64,000 bases of DNA from Nitrospirota bacterium (GTDB lineage: Bacteria; JACPQY01): assembly GCA_016180645.1 (NCBI GenBank), contig JACPAV010000007.1, positions 40,888 to 104,887 of the forward strand, read 5' to 3'. Below the pieces are notes generated by a model. It saw only the letters and a program-made list of their open reading frames with translations, was not told the origin of the DNA and ran no database searches. Below, in pieces: positions 50,471-62,504 of the stretch (position 1 is its first letter; each line of letters opens with the position of its first letter). Position numbers and translations under genes: made by a program.

Positions 50471-52615
50471 CTAGTCATAGGATACGACGGGCGGCTCATC
50501 CTTGTACAGCCACGAATAGACTTGGTAAGAGGAGAGCACTTTCTTCACGTAGTCGTGCGTCTCCCGATAGGGAATGAACTCTGCAAATTCGGCGTCGTCC
50601 CGGTAGGTCCGTTCGGCCATCCATCGTTTGACGTTGCCCGGACCCGCATTGTACGCGGCCAGCGCCAGAATCACGCTCCCGTCGTATTGATCGAGCAAAT
50701 CCTTGAAGTGCGTCACCCCGAGCTTCACGTTGAAGTACGGATCGAACAGGTCCTCCTTGTTCATGAACGTCATTCCGGTTTGATTCTGAACGATCCGGGC
50801 GGTGGAGGGAATGAGCTGCATGAGTCCGCGTGCGTTGGCGGAGGAGGTGATTTTCGGGTTGAACGTGCTCTCCTGGCGGATGAGGGCATAGAGCAGGTTG
50901 GGATCGACCTTCTCCTTTTCGGCCATGTAGGAGACGAACTGCCGGTACCCCCGCGGATACAGGAGCGGCCAAATTTCATCGCAGGGGAGCATGCTGGGCT
51001 GGAGCGGGACAGAGAATCGCCGCCGTCCGTCGCTGATCACTGTCGCGTACTGCTTGATGCCCACGAGTTCCTGATAGGCAAGGTAGACGGCGCTGGGATC
51101 GTTCTTGCTCTCTAAGAGGCCTTGAAGCTCCATGCGGGCCAGCTCTTCGAGGCCGATTCGGGCCATGCGGCTGGCGCGATCCAAATAGCGCGTAGCGGCG
51201 GGCGACTTGTTCAGGTAGCAGGAGTCCTCGGCGGAGGCGCCGCGCATCGCCGATCGGGCGAAGGAAGGTCGTTCCGGGCCCGACACCTTGGCGATCCGGG
51301 AGTCGCCCACGACCTGCTCGATGAGATACGCGTAGTAGCTGAGGGGATAGTTTTGCAGGACTTCCTGGTAAAAGTAGTGAGCCATGTTGCGGTCGCCCAT
51401 CCATTCGGACAAGCGCCCGAGCCAGTAGACCGCCGCCGGGGCCTGCCACCAATTCTCTCCCGGCGTCTTGATTTGAAGCAGCAGCTCCCTCGCCGGGTAG
51501 TACTCGCCGCCGTTCAGTTGTTCGAGAGCGGCGCGCCAGCGGTATTCGGTTCTCCGGTTGCTCACGTCCGGATCCTGCGCCAGGCGGAGATACATCGGCC
51601 CAAGTTCATCCGAAGCATCGGGCCGCTTCTTGAGGCTCTGGACGAGCGCTTCCGCCGCGCGGGCCTTCAACTCGCCGGTGGCCGGATGCTCCAAGAGTTC
51701 GCGCAGAAGGCCGTGTGCCCGTTCATACCATTTTTTCTGGATGTAGGCGCGGGCCAGACCGAGTTGAGCCTCCGCTTCGAGGAAGTCGACCGAGACCAGC
51801 CTCTGGAACGCCTGAATCGCCGCGTCGGATTTTTCCTGGGCGAGATAGATCTGGCCGAGTTTCAGATCGAGGTACTTTTTCTGGCTGGGGTCCAGCCCGC
51901 CCCGCTGGTTGAGCGTGCGGATCTCAGAGAGGGCTTTCGAGTACTGTTCCTCCCGAACGAGCACGTCCACACGGGCGATCGAATCGCGAAGCGTCCACCG
52001 GGAACGGAATTCCTTGAGCAGCGGCTTGTTGCGCTGAACTTCCGACCACGCTTGGTCGGCCTCGGAGCGATGGGGGAATCCCCGATACAGGTCGAGAAAA
52101 ATCGGCAGGGCGCTTTCATGGCCCGCGGAAAGGTGGATGCGAAAGAGCCGATAGAAATAGAGAGGCTTCTGCTCGTTGTCGTCCCCGAGGAGGCTGTGGT
52201 AGATCGGATCGGCTTGCTTGTAGTTTCCCGACTGATAATACGCGTTGGCCATGGCCGCGCGATGGGCGCGGGCCAGGGGAAAATCCGGGTATTCGTCCAG
52301 GAGTTCCTTGTAGGTTTCCACGGCCTCCTGCCATTGGCCGAGCCGTTCCCGCGAGCGCGCCGCGAGGTGGAGCGTGTAGTCCCGGAGCCAGTAGGACCGG
52401 TCTTCAAGCAGAAATTGAAGCGAGCGGAGGGTCTCCGAATAGCGGCCCCGTTTGTACGCCTGGTAGGCACGGACAAAAGTGAGGTCTTGATCGGGGAGCG
52501 TTCGCTCCCATCCGGGAATAGACCGGCTAGAGGAGTAGGCTGCTGCTCCAGTCCGTTGGAGCGGCGAGGCCAGAATCAGAACACCGGCCAGAACGGCCTC
52601 GATAGTCATCCACAT
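50471..52615 (-). CDS. soluble lytic murein transglycosylase (Slt70-like: superhelical N-domain + SLT domain)
   Basis: C-terminal …ALIRQESTFNPKITSSANARGLMQLIPSTA… (SLT catalytic ES motif and the LMQ…); long TPR-like N-terminus; signal peptide. Confidence 0.85.
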   Translation of the reverse strand: MWMTIEAVLAGVLILASPLQRTGAAAYSSSRSIPGWERTLPDQDLTFVRAYQAYKRGRYSETLRSLQFLLEDRSYWLRDYTLHLAARSRERLGQWQEAVETYKELLDEYPDFPLARAHRAAMANAYYQSGNYKQADPIYHSLLGDDNEQKPLYFYRLFRIHLSAGHESALPIFLDLYRGFPHRSEADQAWSEVQRNKPLLKEFRSRWTLRDSIARVDVLVREEQYSKALSEIRTLNQRGGLDPSQKKYLDLKLGQIYLAQEKSDAAIQAFQRLVSVDFLEAEAQLGLARAYIQKKWYERAHGLLRELLEHPATGELKARAAEALVQSLKKRPDASDELGPMYLRLAQDPDVSNRRTEYRWRAALEQLNGGEYYPARELLLQIKTPGENWWQAPAAVYWLGRLSEWMGDRNMAHYFYQEVLQNYPLSYYAYLIEQVVGDSRIAKVSGPERPSFARSAMRGASAEDSCYLNKSPAATRYLDRASRMARIGLEELARMELQGLLESKNDPSAVYLAYQELVGIKQYATVISDGRRRFSVPLQPSMLPCDEIWPLLYPRGYRQFVSYMAEKEKVDPNLLYALIRQESTFNPKITSSANARGLMQLIPSTARIVQNQTGMTFMNKEDLFDPYFNVKLGVTHFKDLLDQYDGSVILALAAYNAGPGNVKRWMAERTYRDDAEFAEFIPYRETHDYVKKVLSSYQVYSWLYKDEPPVVSYD

Positions 52616-52676
52616 CCGTAGTCAAGATAGTCTAGCAGGATGAGCCGGGTTTTTCAACTGGAAATGGGGGGGGGGC

Positions 52677-52913
52677 TTACTCGATGAGGGCGACGACCTG
52701 GCCCTCGATCACGTTCTGGGTTTCCTTGACCTTGATTTCCTTCAGCGTGCCGGAGGCGGGCGCCTCGATGGGAATTTCCATCTTCATGGATTCCAAAATG
52801 ATGAGCACGTCGCCTTCAGAGACGGCGTCCCCGGTCTTCTTCTCGATCTTCCAGACGTTGCCCGTGATGTGGGCGGTGACTTCAGTTGCCATGATTGAGG
52901 GGCTAGTTAGCAC
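52677..52913 (-). CDS. biotin/lipoyl-attachment (biotin carboxyl carrier-like) protein
   Basis: …GDVLIILESMKMEIPIEAP… with the (A/S)MKM biotinylation motif. Confidence 0.7.
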   Translation of the reverse strand: MLTSPSIMATEVTAHITGNVWKIEKKTGDAVSEGDVLIILESMKMEIPIEAPASGTLKEIKVKETQNVIEGQVVALIE

Positions 52914-52928
52914 ACGGCCGGTGGGGGG

Positions 52929-53342
52929 TCAAACAGATTCTCTCATCAGGAACTTGTGCGAGGCCATGATGCAGGTGTCCATCACCACGATCAGACCGGC
53001 CTTCTCGGCCTTGGCCGCATCATGACGGATGCCGAGCTGCATCCAGACGATCTTGGCGCGTTTGGCGATCGCGTCGTCCACGGCCGATTCGACGGCTTCA
53101 GGCCGAAGAAACAGGTCTGCAATATCGACGGGCTCCGGGATGTCACGCAAACTGGCATAGCTGTCCGGCCAGACCGACCGGAGCTTCGGATTCGGACTTA
53201 CGCCGAAGACCCGATACCCTTTCGATTTCAGATACTCGGCCGCCCTGAAGCTGTCCTTCGTCTTGTCCGTGGAAAGACCGACAATCGCAATCGTGCGGGC
53301 CTCCCTCAGTATTTTGATCAACTTCTCCGCCGGTTCGGGCAT
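52929..53342 (-). CDS. CoA-binding domain protein
   Basis: …ARTIAIVGLSTDKTKDSF…GYRVFGVSPN… CoA-binding Rossmann-like signature. Confidence 0.65.
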   Translation of the reverse strand: MPEPAEKLIKILREARTIAIVGLSTDKTKDSFRAAEYLKSKGYRVFGVSPNPKLRSVWPDSYASLRDIPEPVDIADLFLRPEAVESAVDDAIAKRAKIVWMQLGIRHDAAKAEKAGLIVVMDTCIMASHKFLMRESV

Positions 53343-53490
53343 CGGCGAAGGATAGTCGCCCGGCAGCCTCTTGGCAAATATTGCAAGACTTGACGGCTCG
53401 GCCCTCCTGCTCCATAGTGACCCCGGGAAAAGGGACCTTCTCTACAGATGGTAGGCAACGAGTCCCGGGAACTCAGAAAAGGGGGAACGA

Positions 53491-54642
<1,152 letters not shown>

Positions 54643-54801
54643 CCGCCATTCCCGCCGGGAAATGAGTGAATGAGCGTGTCCACGGGCGCTCAGCCGTACC
54701 GGATTAGAGCAAATGGCCGGCATCTCGGCCAGGCCATGGTGTCGGAAAACGTTTTCAACAACCGGCGCCTTGTGCCCCGCGCCAAGGAGCGGCGTGAAAA
54801 G

Positions 54802-55698
54802 ATGATCGCCTTCGGCTACTACGGCGGCAAGTTTTCACACTTGGATTTCCTTCTCCCCCTCTTGCCCACCCATCTTACGCACTTCTGCGAACCCTTCGGA
54901 GGTTCAGCCGCCATCATCATCAATCGCCCTCCAGCACCGGTGGAAACGTACAACGACTTGGACTCAGAAGTGGTGAATTTTTTTCGCTGTCTTCGCGATC
55001 ACGGCGCAGAACTTGTGAAGCTGATCGGCTTGACGCCGTTTTCTCGTGAGGAGCTTGTGAAGGCATGCACCCCGCAGCCTGGACTCGCTCCTCTGGAACG
55101 AGCACGGCGATTCTTCGTTCGCGCCCGACAGACCCGAACCGGCTTGGCCCAAACAAGCTCGGAAGGCAGATGGGCACATTGTGTACTGACCTCGCGGGCG
55201 GCGATGGCCGGCGCCGTCTCCCGCTGGCTGGGAAGCGTTGAGGGCCTCCCGGAAATAGTCCAGCGTTTCCAGCGGGTCCAAATCGAAAACGCGCCGGCGG
55301 TTGAAGTCATTCGACGCTTCGATTCTCCTGACACCCTGTTCTACTGCGATCCGCCATATCCGCACGAAGCAAGGGGCGATAGCAAGGCATACGGATTCGA
55401 AATGACGGACCGGGAGCACGCTGACCTTGCCGAGGCGTTGCGTTCATGCCGCGGGGCAGTGGCCGTGTCGGGATACGATTGTCCTTTGATGGAACGCCTC
55501 TATCGAGGATGGCGCCGAGTGGACGCGGATCTTCGTCTCTGCAATTCCTCAAAGGGTCAACGCAGGGAATCTGTGTGGATGAACTATGATCCGGCTCATT
55601 TCGCGGCACGGAGTGATGGAGGGCGTGTCGAGGAGACTTTGACCCTGCTTGAGCGATCCCGACCCTATGGAAGAAAGAGGCGTGGCAAAAAGAGCTAA
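54802..55698 (+). CDS. Dam-family (D12-class) N6-adenine DNA methyltransferase; start set at an internal Met
   Basis: …FGYYGGKFSHL… (motif I region) and …FYCDPPY… (motif IV). Confidence 0.8.
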   Translation: MIAFGYYGGKFSHLDFLLPLLPTHLTHFCEPFGGSAAIIINRPPAPVETYNDLDSEVVNFFRCLRDHGAELVKLIGLTPFSREELVKACTPQPGLAPLERARRFFVRARQTRTGLAQTSSEGRWAHCVLTSRAAMAGAVSRWLGSVEGLPEIVQRFQRVQIENAPAVEVIRRFDSPDTLFYCDPPYPHEARGDSKAYGFEMTDREHADLAEALRSCRGAVAVSGYDCPLMERLYRGWRRVDADLRLCNSSKGQRRESVWMNYDPAHFAARSDGGRVEETLTLLERSRPYGRKRRGKKS

Positions 55699-56809
55699 AC
55701 CGCCATTCACGCTCGATCACTCCAAGGCGCAATTGATCCTTGAAGACCATTGGAAGACAATCGGGCAGGAGGCAGCGGCGAACCCAAATCTCGCTTATCT
55801 GAGCGACCCCGCGCTCTTGGAGGCAATTCGATCTTCTCTGAATCACAAGCAGGTTGCGTACAGATTCTGCCTTCCCATCCAATTGCTCGGTAAGCTCGCG
55901 GATCCGGCTATCGACTGTCTTCGACTTCAGAGGAAGAAAGGGAGCAAACGCGATGTAGGAGGATGGGATGCGCGCAGTCTCGGAAGCAAGGTCGTCGCGC
56001 CCTTCAATCAACGACAAGAAGGCGTGTTGGGATCCTCCGCCGACCCCTATGTCGGCAACCCCATGCGAATTCCACGAATGCGCAGAGACGACCCGAGCAA
56101 GAAAGACATAGCCGGTTGGAACGTACTCGTTGGTGTCCTTGAAGAGGTAGAATCGAAAAATGATCCGGAGCTTACGGTCAAGGTCTTTCGGCAGGTTCTG
56201 CTGGAAGTGTTCAGATGCCAGCAGGCTTTGCGATTCGCTTTTCCCCTGCCTCCCCGAATCAGTCTCGAGGATACTCTGGTACTTGCGGATCAATTCCTTC
56301 GCGAGAAATCCGGTGGAGACCGGGCGTTGGCTCTTTGCGGCGCCCTTTTCGATACAATCGGACTTCATTTCGGCCTGTTCAAGTCCGTGAATCGTGCCCG
56401 CATCAACGCGAGCGATGAGGCCATCGGACAGGCTGCCGACTTGGAATGTATGGACGAGAACGGGAATGTTGCCTTGGCGGTCGAAGTCAAGGACAGGTTT
56501 CTTTCTTTGACGGATGTGGAAGGTACAATCCGAAAGTCTCGCCGCCGCGAGATAAGAGAGGTGTTTTTCGCCACCCCGTCCGTTTTACTTGCGGACCAGG
56601 ACGCCGTGAAAGAACGGGTCCAAAAAACATTCGCGGCCGGTCAGAACCTCTACGTTTTCGACTTTTTCCAGCTCGCAAGGAGTGTGCTGGCTTTGGGCGG
56701 AGAAGCTGCCAGGATAACATTCATCAAGTGCGTCGGTGAGCACTTGAATCGCTGGAATACCCAGCCGGCGCACCGGCAGTCTTGGAAGAAGCTCTTGGAT
56801 TCGGTGTAG
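55667..56809 (+). CDS. putative cognate restriction endonuclease (PD-(D/E)xK-like: D…EVK); tentative
   Basis: Overlaps the MTase 3' end; …ECMDENGNVALAVEVKDRF… fits the D-x(n)-E-x-K pattern. Confidence 0.4.
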   Translation: MEERGVAKRAKPPFTLDHSKAQLILEDHWKTIGQEAAANPNLAYLSDPALLEAIRSSLNHKQVAYRFCLPIQLLGKLADPAIDCLRLQRKKGSKRDVGGWDARSLGSKVVAPFNQRQEGVLGSSADPYVGNPMRIPRMRRDDPSKKDIAGWNVLVGVLEEVESKNDPELTVKVFRQVLLEVFRCQQALRFAFPLPPRISLEDTLVLADQFLREKSGGDRALALCGALFDTIGLHFGLFKSVNRARINASDEAIGQAADLECMDENGNVALAVEVKDRFLSLTDVEGTIRKSRRREIREVFFATPSVLLADQDAVKERVQKTFAAGQNLYVFDFFQLARSVLALGGEAARITFIKCVGEHLNRWNTQPAHRQSWKKLLDSV

Positions 56810-56926
56810 CAACGGAGAATTTGGCCCGCCACCTCCTGCATGTTGGCAACAATCTTCATCAGGTCAGGCCTTTGCACGCCCTGATCGCGCGTGTACTCAC
56901 ACCTTTCCGCAGTGTAGAATGACGCC

Positions 56927-58078
56927 GTGATATTAGAGCCCTATCTCCGATTTGCGATTCAGGTGGGGGCTTCGGACCTCCACATCAAGGTCGGCAGCCA
57001 GCCCATTCTGCGCATCAACGGCAAGCTCGTGCCGGTGAAGAACGGCAAGCGGATGAACAACGAAGAATTGACCCGCGCTGCGTACGAGGTTCTCAATGAT
57101 GAACAGAAGGTTCGGCTGGAGCGGCTGCATGAGGTCGATCTTGCGCTCAGCGTAGCCGGGCTGGGGCGGTTCCGGGCCAACGTCTTCCACCAGCGTGGCT
57201 CCATCGAGATGGCCCTCCGCGTGGTGCCGTTTGGCGTCGGCACGATCGAATCGCTGAACCTGCCCAAGGTCATCGAGAAACTGGCTGATGCCCAGCGGGG
57301 AATGATTCTCGTGACCGGAACGACGGGGAGCGGGAAATCCACCACGCTTGCCACGATGGTCGAACGGATCAATACGCGGCGAACCTGCCACATCGTCACC
57401 ATCGAGGATCCCATCGAATTTCTGCTCAAGGACAACAAAAGCATCGTGACGCAACGGGAGATCGGACAGGACACCACCTCATTCGCGTCCGGACTCCGAA
57501 GCGCGCTTCGGCAGGATCCGGACGTCATCATGGTGGGCGAAATGCGCGATGTGGAAACGGTGGAGGTCGCCTTGCAGGCGGCCGAAACGGGACACTTGGT
57601 GTTGTCTACCGTCCACACGCTTGATGCGACCGAAACGATCAACCGCGTCATCTCCTTTTTTCCGTTGCACCAACATCAGCAGGTCAGATTTCAGTTGGCC
57701 GCCGTACTGAGGGGGATCGTTTCCCAGCGTCTCCTGCCGAAGACCGATGGGAAAGGGCGAATTCCGGCGGCAGAGGTGCTGGTGGTCAACGGCGCCGTGC
57801 GGGAATGCATCCTCAACCAGGATCGCACGAAGGAAATCCCACAGTTCCTGGCGAAGGGCTACTCGACCTATGGGATGCAGACCTTCGATCAATCCCTGAT
57901 GCAGTTGTACTCCAAACAGCTCATCACCTATGAGGAAGCCCTGAGAAGCTGCACGAATCCCGACGACTTTGCCCTCCGCGTCAAAGGCGTCCACGTCACC
58001 GGCGAAGACCTCCAGTGGAAGGACTTCGAGCAGAAACAGGAAAAGGACTCCGAACCCGAATTCAACATCGATATCTGA
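56927..58078 (+). CDS. pilT: type IV pilus retraction ATPase PilT
   Basis: …GASDLHIKVGSQPILRINGKL…; Walker A …GTTGSGKSTT…; …IVTIEDPIEF…. Confidence 0.9.
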   Translation: MILEPYLRFAIQVGASDLHIKVGSQPILRINGKLVPVKNGKRMNNEELTRAAYEVLNDEQKVRLERLHEVDLALSVAGLGRFRANVFHQRGSIEMALRVVPFGVGTIESLNLPKVIEKLADAQRGMILVTGTTGSGKSTTLATMVERINTRRTCHIVTIEDPIEFLLKDNKSIVTQREIGQDTTSFASGLRSALRQDPDVIMVGEMRDVETVEVALQAAETGHLVLSTVHTLDATETINRVISFFPLHQHQQVRFQLAAVLRGIVSQRLLPKTDGKGRIPAAEVLVVNGAVRECILNQDRTKEIPQFLAKGYSTYGMQTFDQSLMQLYSKQLITYEEALRSCTNPDDFALRVKGVHVTGEDLQWKDFEQKQEKDSEPEFNIDI

Positions 58079-58129
58079 TCCATCCTGCCGGCGCTTGCCG
58101 GTTTTGGGCATACCGATACAATAGACTCC

Positions 58130-60808
58130 ATGGCTCAACATTCGGCGCAGTCCGCCGAGAAAGTGCGGCAGGAGTTCATCGACTTCTTCACGAAGGACAA
58201 GGGGCACACGTATGCCCACAGCATCCCGCTCGTGCCGGCGGGCGATCCGACGCTCCTCTTCACCAACTCGGGCATGGTCCAGTTCAAGGGGATCTTCCTC
58301 GGAATGGAGCAGCGACCCTACACGCGCGCCGCCAACTCCCAACGCTGCCTCCGCGTGAGCGGGAAGCACAACGATCTGGAGGACGTCGGGAAGGACACCT
58401 ACCACCACACTTTTTTCGAGATGCTCGGCAACTGGTCCTTCGGCGATTACTACAAGCCCGAGGCCATCGAATGGGCGTGGGAACTTCTGACGAAACGCTA
58501 CGGAATCGATGGGTCCCGGCTCTGGGCGTCGGTGTACAAGAACGACCCGGAATCGAAAGGTCTCTGGCCGAGAATCGTGGGGATGCCTTCCGAACGGGTC
58601 TGGGAATTCGGCGAGAAGCATAATTTCTGGGAGATGGGGGAGACCGGCCCATGCGGTCCCTGCTCGGAAATCCACTATGACCGGGGCGAGAAGTATGGCT
58701 GTAGCAAGCCCTCATGCGGGCCGAACTGCGATTGCGGCCGATACATCGAACTGTGGAACCTTGTCTTCATCCAGTACAACCGGGAGGCGGATGGGAAACT
58801 GACGAACCTGCCCAAGACGCACGTGGACACAGGGATGGGGTTTGAACGGCTCGTGGCCGTACTTCAGGGGAAGGATTCCAACTACGACACGGATCTTTTC
58901 GCCCCGCTCCTCAGCGCCGTGGCGGATCGCACGGGATTGGAATACGGGCAGGATGGGCGGAACGACATGTCCTTCCGGGTGCTGGCCGACCACATCCGGG
59001 GCGTCACTTTCTTGATTGCGGACGGTGTCGTCCCCACCAACGAAGGTCGGGGGTATGTGCTCCGCCGAATCATGCGTCGCGCGATTCGTCACGGAAAGAA
59101 ACTGGGACTGCACGAACCCTTCCTGTTCGAACTGTCCGGACGCGTCATCGATGCGATGCGACAGGTGTTCCCCGAAATTGTTCCTCAAGCGAGGCTGATC
59201 GCGGATGTCATCAAGAACGAAGAAGAACGGTTCATGGAGACGCTCGACATGGGACTCCAACTGGTGGGCGAGGAGGTTGAGCACCTCAAGTCGGCGGGTA
59301 AGACGATCCTTCCGGGAGACGTGGTCTTCAAGCTCTACGATACCTACGGATTTCCGGCGGATCTCACGCGGACGATCGCGGACGAAGAAGGACTCCACGT
59401 GGATGAGGACGGTTTCCACGCCGCCATGGAGAAGCAGCGCGAAATGGGCCAGAACGCCCGCAAGTCGAAGGAAGCGGGGGTGATTGCACCCGAGATTCTC
59501 GATCGAGTGAAGGCCCTCAAATCCACATTTTCCGGTTATGAACGGTTGGAGGACGATGGGCGCATCACGGCGCTTTTCAGCGGCTCGCGGGAAGTCCGCG
59601 AAGCGAGAGAAGGTGAGACGGTGGATCTCGTCGCCGATGCCACGCCCCTCTACCCCATGGGGGGGGGGCAGATCGGCGACCGAGGAAGAGTGTCGTGCGC
59701 CGCCGGAGAGGGCGAAGTCGTCGATACCGTGCCCATCGGAACGGGAGACAGCAGGGTAATTCTCCACAAAGTCAAAGTGCTCCGGGGTCGGCTGGCGGTG
59801 GGGGAGGACGTGAAGTTGAAAGTGGATGCAAGGCGGCGCGAGGCGACACGCCTAAACCACAGCGCCACACATCTTATGCACGCGGCGCTTCGCGAAGTGC
59901 TGGGGAAACACGTCCGGCAGTACGGCTCGCTCGTAGAACCGGAGAGACTCCGGTTCGACTTCACGCACTTCGCCCCGTTGACGCCCGTCGAGATCAAGAA
60001 GATCAACGGCCGCGTTCAGGAAGCCATTCGCGCGAACCTCAAGATCGAAACGCTGATCGCCGGAATGGACGAGGCCAAGAAAATGGGCGCGCTCATGTTC
60101 TTTGGGGACAAATACGGCGATTCGGTCCGAGTGCTCCGGATGGGGAATTTCAGCATCGAACTGTGCGGCGGTACGCATGTGTCGACCACCGGAGAAATCG
60201 GGATCTTCAAGCTCATCCAAGCCGGCGGCGTGGGGGCGGGAATCCGGAGAGTCCAGGCCGTCACGGGCGAAGGCGCGGTGCAAGAGTTGGATCGCATGGT
60301 GGAGTGGCTTGAACGGTCCGCGGGAACACTCCAGCTCCAGGATGCGTCACAACTTCCGCGAAGGATCGAGGAGCTTATTGAGGAAAATCGTAAGCTGAAA
60401 TCGGAGTTGGAATCCGCCCGCAAGCGCGCCATGGCCGGCGAGGCCGAGGAGGTTGCCGGAAAGGCCGAAGTCGTCGCAGGCGTCAAGGCCGTCTACTATT
60501 GGTGCCCGGAAGAAAAGAGTGCGGGGGAGCTTCGCGTGATTACCGACCGAATCCGGAGCAACATCAAGTCCGGCGTGGTGTTCGCGGGAAGCATCACCGC
60601 AGGGACTGTCGCACCCATTGTCGTTGGAATCACGCCGGACCTCACCGGCCGATACCACGCTGGAACGATTCTGAAGCAGGTGGCTCCTGCCCTCGAGGGA
60701 AAAGGCGGAGGGAAGGCGGACTTCGCTCAAGGTATAGGCAGGCCAGAGTTAAGGGAAAAGGGAAGGGAAAGGTTCATATTCACGCTCAAGTCTTCGGAGG
60801 CCAAGTGA
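58130..60808 (+). CDS. alaS: alanine--tRNA ligase
   Basis: …FTNSGMVQFKG…; …HHTFFEMLGNWSFGDYYK…; editing and C-Ala domains; 892 aa. Confidence 0.97.
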   Translation: MAQHSAQSAEKVRQEFIDFFTKDKGHTYAHSIPLVPAGDPTLLFTNSGMVQFKGIFLGMEQRPYTRAANSQRCLRVSGKHNDLEDVGKDTYHHTFFEMLGNWSFGDYYKPEAIEWAWELLTKRYGIDGSRLWASVYKNDPESKGLWPRIVGMPSERVWEFGEKHNFWEMGETGPCGPCSEIHYDRGEKYGCSKPSCGPNCDCGRYIELWNLVFIQYNREADGKLTNLPKTHVDTGMGFERLVAVLQGKDSNYDTDLFAPLLSAVADRTGLEYGQDGRNDMSFRVLADHIRGVTFLIADGVVPTNEGRGYVLRRIMRRAIRHGKKLGLHEPFLFELSGRVIDAMRQVFPEIVPQARLIADVIKNEEERFMETLDMGLQLVGEEVEHLKSAGKTILPGDVVFKLYDTYGFPADLTRTIADEEGLHVDEDGFHAAMEKQREMGQNARKSKEAGVIAPEILDRVKALKSTFSGYERLEDDGRITALFSGSREVREAREGETVDLVADATPLYPMGGGQIGDRGRVSCAAGEGEVVDTVPIGTGDSRVILHKVKVLRGRLAVGEDVKLKVDARRREATRLNHSATHLMHAALREVLGKHVRQYGSLVEPERLRFDFTHFAPLTPVEIKKINGRVQEAIRANLKIETLIAGMDEAKKMGALMFFGDKYGDSVRVLRMGNFSIELCGGTHVSTTGEIGIFKLIQAGGVGAGIRRVQAVTGEGAVQELDRMVEWLERSAGTLQLQDASQLPRRIEELIEENRKLKSELESARKRAMAGEAEEVAGKAEVVAGVKAVYYWCPEEKSAGELRVITDRIRSNIKSGVVFAGSITAGTVAPIVVGITPDLTGRYHAGTILKQVAPALEGKGGGKADFAQGIGRPELREKGRERFIFTLKSSEAK

Positions 60809-61827
60809 ACCCACTCTCCCCTGAAGTTGAACGCCAATACCGTGCAGCCCGCTCCAATGCCGTGGTCTTCGAGTGGCCGCAGGCCGGGGTACTTCGCGTG
60901 ACCGGACTCGACGCCCGCGATTTCCTGCACAACATCGTGACCAACGATGTGAAGTCGGTCCGCCCCGGCTCGGGCTGCTACTCGGCTTTTCTGACCAGCA
61001 AAGGCAAGGTCATTGGGGATTTCCTCCTGCTGGCGAAGGAGGAGGAGTTTATGATCGTCAGTTACTTCGCGCCGGCGGAAGCGCTGGCCGAGGCGATCGG
61101 GCGTTTTGTCATCTCAGAAGATGTGACGATTGAGAACGAAAGCCGCCAATATTCGATCATCTCCGCGCAGGGGCCGGAGGCCGAGCGATACCGGAGCGGC
61201 AAGGGCGATGGGGCGCCGGGCGCATTTCAGCACGCCAGTGAAAATATCGACGGCCTCGAAGTCTTGGCCTGCCACGTGGATCATTTCGGCGACGGGGGAG
61301 TGGATTTTCTGGTGAATCGGGAGGCGGCCCGGGGTCTCACGGAGAGTTTGAGAGCGAAGCTCACCGGTTCCGAGTCACTGGACGAGGATGCCCGTGAAGT
61401 CCTCCGGGTGGAGGCAGGATGGCCCCGGTACGGATTGGACATGGACGAGAGCAGTTTGCTTGTGGAGACCGGCCTTGAACAGTTTGCCGTCAGCTTCACG
61501 AAGGGTTGTTACGTGGGCCAGGAGTTCGTCACGCGAATCACGCAGCGCGGTCAGGCCGCGCGGCACCTTCGGGGCCTTGTCATTCAGAATCCCGATCTTC
61601 CCGATCGAGGAAGTTCAATTCTGCTGGCGCCGTCCGATCCCAAACCGATCGGTGAAGTGCGGAGCGTCGCTTTTTCACCGGCCATTAACAAACCGGCCGC
61701 GCTGGCCTACATCTCGACCCGACCCGAGGGCCTCAAGCACGTCTTCGTTCAGACCTCCGCGGGCACCGCGCCCGCCGAAATCATCGACCTCCCCTTCTAC
61801 CACCCCGTCCACCGCCTGAACTCCTGA
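60805..61827 (+). CDS. YgfZ/CAF17-type folate-binding protein (GcvT-like fold)
   Basis: GTG start overlaps the alaS stop (GTGA). C-terminal …TKGCYVGQEFVTRITQRGQ… is the YgfZ signature (K-G-C-Y-x-G-Q-E). Confidence 0.75.
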   Translation: MNPLSPEVERQYRAARSNAVVFEWPQAGVLRVTGLDARDFLHNIVTNDVKSVRPGSGCYSAFLTSKGKVIGDFLLLAKEEEFMIVSYFAPAEALAEAIGRFVISEDVTIENESRQYSIISAQGPEAERYRSGKGDGAPGAFQHASENIDGLEVLACHVDHFGDGGVDFLVNREAARGLTESLRAKLTGSESLDEDAREVLRVEAGWPRYGLDMDESSLLVETGLEQFAVSFTKGCYVGQEFVTRITQRGQAARHLRGLVIQNPDLPDRGSSILLAPSDPKPIGEVRSVAFSPAINKPAALAYISTRPEGLKHVFVQTSAGTAPAEIIDLPFYHPVHRLNS

Positions 61828-61951
61828 AGCCGGCTTCAGCTTGCCTCTTCCTGCCAGAGCGGGGATTGTAACTTCCCTCTTCTTGAAACGGAGAAGACCG
61901 GGAGTCCTGCGAGACAGCCGGGAGATTGGAAGGGAAGGGGGGGGTGGAGTC

Positions 61952-62194
61952 TCAGCCGCGCAGAAGTGCGGCAACGGACAGATCCTCGTCCAACGCCTCC
62001 CAGTGGATGCCCACACCGTTGCCGATCAGCCTCCACTCCTTCCGTTGGGAGGGAGTCGCGTCACGGAGTTTCGGAAACCATTCGAGTGGGACACTCACCT
62101 GACGGCCATCCAGCAGTCGGATGTGAATGAAGTCGGGATCGAAGGACACTCCCGAAGCCAGCGCCGTCGATGTATCAGATCTTAGAGTGCTCAT
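61952..62194 (-). CDS. DUF2442-domain protein
   Basis: 80 aa; tightly coupled downstream of a DUF4160-like ORF, a recurrent two-gene arrangement. Confidence 0.45.
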   Translation of the reverse strand: MSTLRSDTSTALASGVSFDPDFIHIRLLDGRQVSVPLEWFPKLRDATPSQRKEWRLIGNGVGIHWEALDEDLSVAALLRG

Positions 62195-62504
62195 TCCATT
62201 TATCCTTGAAGAGCTGTGCGTTCCCCGAAACCACCGTTCTCAAGCGGCCGATCTCGTAAGCCGGAAATCCGACCGACCGGGCAAGCGCCACGGGCTCCAG
62301 CCAAAACTTGGCATATTTCTCCCCTGCTTCCACGTGCACGTGAGGAGGCTCATGCCCTTCATTGCTGAAGAAAAAGAACCTGACCCCCTCGATCCTCGCA
62401 ACCGTTGGCACCTCGGCATCGAAGCACGATTCTTCGCCATCTGCATTTGGATATTGTACTACGAACCACAGCCCGGAGGCAGCGGGCCCTTCGTTGGCGC
62501 CCAT
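62175..62504 (-). CDS. DUF4160-domain protein
   Basis: 109 aa, …FFFFSNEGHEPPHVHVEAGEKYAKFWL… motif. Confidence 0.45.
   Translation of the reverse strand: MGANEGPAASGLWFVVQYPNADGEESCFDAEVPTVARIEGVRFFFFSNEGHEPPHVHVEAGEKYAKFWLEPVALARSVGFPAYEIGRLRTVVSGNAQLFKDKWNEHSKI

Noticed and set aside
54670-54801. Upstream extension of the Dam-like MTase ORF
   Set aside because: Dam-family proteins begin close to the YGGK motif, so the internal Met at 54802 is the more plausible start.
55307-56368. 353-aa minus-strand ORF overlapping the putative REase gene
   Set aside because: Antisense to a motif-bearing ORF and itself featureless.
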